Source: an uncultured Actinomycetes bacterium (lineage in GTDB: Bacteria; Actinomycetota; Aquicultoria; Subteraquimicrobiales; CAMTWV01). From it: DNA of 64,000 nucleotides. The notes below the pieces were generated by a model. It was given only the letters and a program-made list of their open reading frames with translations, was not told the origin of the DNA and ran no database searches. Numbering within the stretch: the first letter of the stretch is position 1; each line of letters opens with the position of its first letter. Shown here in pieces: positions 58,725 through 64,000 of the stretch. The stretch is taken from positions 94,199 to 158,198 of the forward strand of contig CAMTWV010000002.1 of assembly GCA_947085535.1 (NCBI GenBank), read 5' to 3'. Position numbers and translations under genes: made by a program.

Positions 58725-60764
58725 TTAAGCATAAAACAACCAATCGAGATTGCTGGCAAATTTTCTTCTCACAGCTTGAAATAGTGGTCGATTTTCAGAT
58801 AATTTCAGAGCAGGGTCTTTTTCTATTAATTCGAATGCATCATCTCGAGCTTGAAGCAAAATATTTATGTCACGAGTAATCTTGGCTAACTTTAAATCGG
58901 GTAAACCCGATTGTCTGACTCCAAAAATTTGCCCCTCGCCTCTTATTTCAAGATCAAGCTCCGCGAGTTTAAAACCATCATGAGTGTTAACAATAGCTTC
59001 CATCCGTTGTCTGCCTTCATCTGTGGTTGGGTCAGCAAAAAGGAAACAATAGCCCTTGTGCTGTCCTCGTCCAATCCTGCCTCTTAACTGGTGAAGCTGG
59101 GATAAGCCAAATCTTTCAGCATCCTCAATTAACATAACAGTTGCATTGGGAACATCAACACCAACTTCAACGACTGTCGTTGAGATAAGAACATCTAATT
59201 CTCTTCCGACAAAGGATTCCATGATTGTTTCTTTTTCTTCTGTCTTTAATTTGCTGTGAATAAAACCCACTCTTAAATCAGGAAAAACTTCGTTTTCTAA
59301 TCTTTCAATTTCAGCCATAACTGCTTTAACTTCTAACTTATCGGATTCTTCGATTAAAGGACAAATTATGTAAGCCTGTCTTCCCTGCCTTACTTCGCTT
59401 CTTATTTTCTCATTGGCGAAATTTCGGTGAGTTTTATCTAAAACAGTAGTTTCTACATGTTCAGATAGGTTTCTCCCTCCGGGAAGTTCATTAATAATTG
59501 AAATATCGAGGTCTCCATATAAAGTAAGTGAAAGAGTTCGGGGAATTGGTGTCGCAGTCATGACAAGAACGTCAGAAAAAGTTCCTTTTTCTTTAAGTGC
59601 CACTCTTTGTTGAACACCAAATCTGTGTTGTTCATCCACGATAACTAAACCAAGTTTAGAAAAGACAACGTCTTTTTGGATTATAGCGTGTGTTCCGATA
59701 ACTATATCAACTTTACCTTTACTGATTTCTTCTTGTAAAACTTTCTTTTCTTTTTCAGTTAAACTTCCTTTAAGTAAGGCTATTCTTACGGAAGGCATTC
59801 TTTCATGGGATACAAATAAACTTTCCAGTAAGTGAGTTATTTTTTTAAAGTGCTGTTCGGCTAAGATTTCTGTTGGAGCCATCATGGCTGCTTGATAACC
59901 ACCTTGCACAGCAACAAGAAGTGAAGCAAGAGCCACTACTGTTTTACCTGAACCGACCTCACCTTGCAGCAAGCGATTCATTGGTAAAGGAGAAGCCATG
60001 TCTTTTAAAATTTCTGAAATGGTTTTTTTCTGGCTGTTTGTCAATGCAAAAGGTAAAGAGCAATAAAATTCATCAATGAGTGGTCCTTCAATCTGGTGAG
60101 CTATGCCTGTTGTTTGATTCTTAAATTGTTTCTTACGAAAAGCTAATCCGACTTGCATTAAGAATAATTCCTCGTAAAGCAATCTTCTTCGAGCTTCCTC
60201 ACAATATCTCTCCGATGTGGGAAAGTGTATTTCTTTAAGGGCTGAATAACGGTCTAAAAAATTGTATTTGGCTAATATAAAGGAAGGCAGCGAGTCAGAA
60301 AGAACCGGAGAAGTGTCAAGCATATTTTTAATTATTCGTCGAAGTCGGGCTGTGGTTAGATATTGGGAAGCAGGATGAAACGGAATAATTCGACTGGTAT
60401 GGACAGTGTCTTCGCCTAATCGGGTATCTTCATCAATTACTTCGTAAAGAGGATTTTCTATTTGGAGCTGACCATATCTAAAGGAAGTTTTTCCGCTAAA
60501 AGCAACGACCATACCATCTTTTAACCTATCCGCAATGAAATCCTGATTAAACCACACTCCATAGAGATATTCTGTTCCATCAAAAATACCCACATTTATA
60601 ACTCGAATACCGCTTTTGCCCACAGTTTTCCGAACAATTTTAACCTCGCCGACTACAGTTACCTCTTCACCAACCTTTACATTTGATATGGATAAAACTT
60701 TTGCCGTGTTTAAATAGCGATGCGGAAAGTGATAAAGCAGATCTTCAACAACAAAAATACCCAT
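58725..60764 (-). CDS. recG: ATP-dependent DNA helicase RecG (core as called from the first ATG). The conserved frame continues stop-free for 106 more codons up to the degV stop at 61085.
   Basis: Wedge plus helicase motifs (GDVGSGKT, DEQHRFG). The HhH element LKFVGPGISKQLNRMGIFVVEDLLYHFPHRY straddles the annotated Met. Confidence 0.9.
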   Translation of the reverse strand: MGIFVVEDLLYHFPHRYLNTAKVLSISNVKVGEEVTVVGEVKIVRKTVGKSGIRVINVGIFDGTEYLYGVWFNQDFIADRLKDGMVVAFSGKTSFRYGQLQIENPLYEVIDEDTRLGEDTVHTSRIIPFHPASQYLTTARLRRIIKNMLDTSPVLSDSLPSFILAKYNFLDRYSALKEIHFPTSERYCEEARRRLLYEELFLMQVGLAFRKKQFKNQTTGIAHQIEGPLIDEFYCSLPFALTNSQKKTISEILKDMASPLPMNRLLQGEVGSGKTVVALASLLVAVQGGYQAAMMAPTEILAEQHFKKITHLLESLFVSHERMPSVRIALLKGSLTEKEKKVLQEEISKGKVDIVIGTHAIIQKDVVFSKLGLVIVDEQHRFGVQQRVALKEKGTFSDVLVMTATPIPRTLSLTLYGDLDISIINELPGGRNLSEHVETTVLDKTHRNFANEKIRSEVRQGRQAYIICPLIEESDKLEVKAVMAEIERLENEVFPDLRVGFIHSKLKTEEKETIMESFVGRELDVLISTTVVEVGVDVPNATVMLIEDAERFGLSQLHQLRGRIGRGQHKGYCFLFADPTTDEGRQRMEAIVNTHDGFKLAELDLEIRGEGQIFGVRQSGLPDLKLAKITRDINILLQARDDAFELIEKDPALKLSENRPLFQAVRRKFASNLDWLFYA

Positions 60765-61082
60765 TCGATTAAGCTGCTTCGAGATACCAGGACCAACAAA
60801 CTTAAGATAAGTTACTTCTTTGTCTAAAAAGTTCGATTCTAAAGCATAACCATTTTTCGGGGATTCTTTTATAGAAATTCCTTTATTTATGTAAGAGTTA
60901 AGGAATTTTTCGCGCTCTTTAACAAGGGAAAAAGGATAAATGCGGGCAATTTCTTTGAAAGATTCATTTATTGAGGAAAGGTAAACATCAAATCCCCCGA
61001 TGACAGCTCTATTTTCCGCATTTAAGTTTTTTTCAACTAAAAAAGAAATTTTTTCAGAGGATTTTGTTTCGGAAATTTTCGA

Positions 61083-61940
61083 TTACCCCTCCTCGTAGAA
61101 AAAGAGAGCTACGGCACCTGGACCGATATAAGTTCCAATTACGCTTCCTATTTGAGCTTCAAGAAGAGAAACATGCTCAATATTTTCTTTTTTAATTTCC
61201 TTTATAAGTAAGTCAGCTACTTTTTTATCATCAGAATAAGCCACGCCTAAACGGAGGGGCTTTTCCCCACTGATACTTTCTTTAAGAGAACTAATTAGCT
61301 CAGGCATGATTCGTGCGGTTCCCCTGATCTTTTTATAAGGTGCGACAACACCGTCATCAAGGGTTAAAACAGGTTTTATGCTAAGCAAAGAACCTACAAG
61401 AGCTTGTGCTTTACCAATTCTCCCACCCAGATGAAGGTACTTTAATGTGTCAAGAACGAAGAAAATTTTAACTTTCTCACTTAAAGAATTGGCTAAATTA
61501 GCCAGGTCATTAAAAGATTTTCCTTCGTTTCTTGCCCTTACAAGAGCATCAACAATCATTCCGAGGGCAGCAGATGCTTGTTTTGAATCGATAATTTCGA
61601 TGGCTGCTCCTTTTATCATTTCTTTAGCCGCAGTGGCTGAACCAATGGTACCGCTTAATTTTTCAGAGATATGCACTGATATAATCTGAGAGCACCCTTC
61701 TTCAACAAGTTTTTTGTAAGCGCTCATAAATTCCATAGTGGTTGGTTGAGAAGTTTTGGGTAAAACCTCAGATGTTTTTAATCTCTGGTAGAAATCTTCA
61801 GGATTCATTTCTGTCCAGTCACGATAGATTTCTTCCTCTCCAAACCGAACGGTTAAGGGAACTATTATCACCTCGTTTTCTTTGTAATATGAAAGCGGTA
61901 AGTCGGCAGTACTATCTGTTACAATAGCAATTTTTTCCAT
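61083..61940 (-). CDS. DegV-family fatty-acid-binding protein.
   Basis: MEKIAIVTDSTADLP N-terminus. 285 aa. Confidence 0.88.
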   Translation of the reverse strand: MEKIAIVTDSTADLPLSYYKENEVIIVPLTVRFGEEEIYRDWTEMNPEDFYQRLKTSEVLPKTSQPTTMEFMSAYKKLVEEGCSQIISVHISEKLSGTIGSATAAKEMIKGAAIEIIDSKQASAALGMIVDALVRARNEGKSFNDLANLANSLSEKVKIFFVLDTLKYLHLGGRIGKAQALVGSLLSIKPVLTLDDGVVAPYKKIRGTARIMPELISSLKESISGEKPLRLGVAYSDDKKVADLLIKEIKKENIEHVSLLEAQIGSVIGTYIGPGAVALFFYEEG

Positions 61941-61951
61941 TCTTATCCTCC

Positions 61952-63556
61952 TTATTCAGCTGAAATTATGAGAGGGTAAAACAGTTGCTTGCCTTCGCAA
62001 ATTTCTATTTCAACATCAGAAAAGTTCTCTTTTAAAAACCTGGTTAATTTTTCAATATCTTCTTCGGTAACGCCTTCGCCTTTAATTAATGTTACTAAAT
62101 TTACAGTGTTTTTTGACACCATAAGCGAGAGCAGGTTTTGCGAAGCTTCAATTAAGTTTGAAGCTTTAATTTTTAAATCGTGATTTAAAAGTCCAATGTA
62201 ATCTCCTTCTCCAATTAAACCTATCTTTGATTTTGTTTCTCTAACAGCTCGAGTAATTTCTCCTGTTTTTACATTCTTTAGTGCTTCAGTCATCTCTTCC
62301 ACATTTTCTTCTAACTTTTTTTCTGGATTAAAAGCAAGAAGTGCAGCAAAAGCTTCTGGTATAGATTTTGTCGGGACAACTTCAATGTTTTTTTGACTGG
62401 CTTCTTTAGCTTTTTCAGCAGTTAAAATAACATTTTTATTATTTGGAAGTATAATCACATTTAAAGAGGAAGCTTTCTCGACTGCATGCAAAATTTCGGA
62501 AGTACTTGGATTCATCGTTTGTCCACCATTAACAATCTGGCTAACACCAAGACTTTTTAAAATATCATTAATTCCTTCTCCGACGGAAACAGCAACCAGA
62601 CTTATTTTTTCCTCCTTTGCTGCTTGAGCTAATGTGCGAGCTCTTTCTATACTTTGTTCTACCATATTATTTATCTGTACTTGTGAAATTGTGCCGAGCG
62701 AAGTCACGTAATTAAGAACATTTCCCGGTTCATTGGTATGTACATGCACGCGAGTTAATTGAGGTGTTCCAACTACCATTATCGAATCCCCAAGCGGTTC
62801 AAGATATTCTTCTATGTTTGTTAAATTAACACCTTCGCTTTTAAGTAAAAATTCAGTGCAATAAGTGTATTTGAGAGAAACTTCTTCTTCTACATAAGAA
62901 GGCGCTTTCCCCAAAGTAACCATTTCTTCAAGAGTTATTCCTTTAAGGGCAGCTAAAATACCTTCTCCCAAAACAACCAGACCAAGCGCTCCTGCATCAA
63001 CTACCCCGGCTTCTTTTAAGACAGGCAACAAATCGGGGGTCCGCTCTAATGAAGCTCTGCCTTCCATAAAAACAATCTCAAGAAAATTCTCTATTTCAAT
63101 ATCCTGTCCTTTTAAAGCTTTGGCTTGAGTTGCCATATCTTTAATGACAGTTAGCATTGTTCCTTCAACAGGTTTTCTTACTGCGTGATAGGCAACTTTA
63201 ACTGAATTTTCCAGAGCCTCAATTAAATCCGACACAGTAATAGTCTCGCATTTACTGAGGACTTCGCTCATTCCTCTAATAATCTGTGACAAGATAACAC
63301 CCGAATTACCTCTTGCCCCCATTAAGGAACCGTAGGATAAAGCATGCATTAAGGCAGAAATAGAAGTTTTATCGGTTTTGGAAATCTCTTCGCAAACAAC
63401 TTGCATTGTTAAAACCATATTGGTGCCCGTATCACCATCGGGGACAGGAAAGACATTTAATCTGTTTATTTCATCGCGATGAGCTTTAAGATTTGCAAAA
63501 GCCGCCTCAATCAATCTGGGTATTTCCATTGAGGTTAAGCGGGAAGTCATAAGCAA
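61952..63556 (-). CDS. DAK2-domain protein (YloV-like DhaL-domain fusion).
   Basis: 534 aa. N-terminal DhaL-like domain. Sits at the yloV position between asp23 and degV/recG. Confidence 0.85.
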   Translation of the reverse strand: MLMTSRLTSMEIPRLIEAAFANLKAHRDEINRLNVFPVPDGDTGTNMVLTMQVVCEEISKTDKTSISALMHALSYGSLMGARGNSGVILSQIIRGMSEVLSKCETITVSDLIEALENSVKVAYHAVRKPVEGTMLTVIKDMATQAKALKGQDIEIENFLEIVFMEGRASLERTPDLLPVLKEAGVVDAGALGLVVLGEGILAALKGITLEEMVTLGKAPSYVEEEVSLKYTYCTEFLLKSEGVNLTNIEEYLEPLGDSIMVVGTPQLTRVHVHTNEPGNVLNYVTSLGTISQVQINNMVEQSIERARTLAQAAKEEKISLVAVSVGEGINDILKSLGVSQIVNGGQTMNPSTSEILHAVEKASSLNVIILPNNKNVILTAEKAKEASQKNIEVVPTKSIPEAFAALLAFNPEKKLEENVEEMTEALKNVKTGEITRAVRETKSKIGLIGEGDYIGLLNHDLKIKASNLIEASQNLLSLMVSKNTVNLVTLIKGEGVTEEDIEKLTRFLKENFSDVEIEICEGKQLFYPLIISAE

Positions 63557-63570
63557 GATTCTCCCTTAAA

Positions 63571-63924
63571 TTACTCCTTAGTTCTTATGCCTTGAACATG
63601 GACATCGACGCTAACTACATTAACCTGCGCCAGTCTTTCAAGCTCATACTTAATTTTAGTTATTAAATTATGCGCAACTTCAGCAACATTTATTCCGTGC
63701 TCAACAACAACATACAAATCAACTTCAATTCCTTCATCAACCGGGGTTACCTTTATACCCTTTTTTAATTTATCACGGCTGAGTAGCGAAGCTACCCCAG
63801 ATTTTAAATTTGGATTAGCCATACCAACCACGCCATAACATTCGAGAACAGTATAACCTGCTATCTCAGCTAAAGCATTATTGGAAATTTGAATTTGTCC
63901 AAGATTTGGCAGATAGTTACTCAT
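63571..63924 (-). CDS. Asp23/Gls24-family (alkaline shock) protein.
   Basis: 117 aa. Asp23 signature (IAGYTVLECYGVVGMA). Confidence 0.88.
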   Translation of the reverse strand: MSNYLPNLGQIQISNNALAEIAGYTVLECYGVVGMANPNLKSGVASLLSRDKLKKGIKVTPVDEGIEVDLYVVVEHGINVAEVAHNLITKIKYELERLAQVNVVSVDVHVQGIRTKE

Positions 63925-64000
63925 CTTCCTGGGTTAACTTGTTTAATTCATTAATAAGTTTATCAGGGTCGATACCGTGAGCAAGTGCTCCTTCTTCAAT
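63917..64000 (-). CDS. C-terminal fragment of an upstream ORF entering from the window end (...IEEGALAHGIDPDKLINELNKLTQEDE*). Product unknown.
   Basis: Open frame from the window edge to TAA at 63919-63917. Overlaps the asp23 start by 8 nt. Confidence 0.3.
   Translation of the reverse strand: MEEGALAHGIDPDKLINELNKLTQEDE

Overview
A 64-kb chromosomal segment from a low-GC bacterium, almost entirely transcribed on the minus strand. Gene order is strongly Firmicutes/Bacillus-like: ftsK, uppP, rnj, dapAB, the rpsO-pnp to rpsB block, a flagellar-type sigma factor, xerC, dprA, comM, the rplS-to-rpsP block, ffh, ftsY, smc, rnc, a fab cluster, rpmF, coaD, rsmD, recG, degV, a DAK2 gene and an asp23 gene. 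The only clear accessory insertion is a three-gene plus-strand operon (12753-14960) wedged into the otherwise universal rpsO|ribF junction. It encodes an XRE-type helix-turn-helix (HTH) regulator, an ImmA/IrrE-family HEXXH metallopeptidase translationally coupled to it, and a 7-transmembrane (7TM) protein with a catalytically degenerate HD-GYP domain. I consider this the best candidate for an undescribed, protease-derepressed signalling or defence module. Other points: a composite intergenic repeat family with copies in both orientations at several sites; two core genes (the sigma-28-like factor and recG) whose conserved N-terminal coding sequence has no ATG/GTG/TTG start but an SD followed by an ATA or ATT codon; an acyl-CoA dehydrogenase plus bifurcating-type EtfAB (ferredoxin-fused EtfA) embedded in the fab operon; a GT2 glycosyltransferase occupying the slot where polC sits in Bacillus; and the sigD-like gene retained at its Bacillus position with no fla/che genes here. 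No rRNA, tRNA, CRISPR array or transposase was seen.
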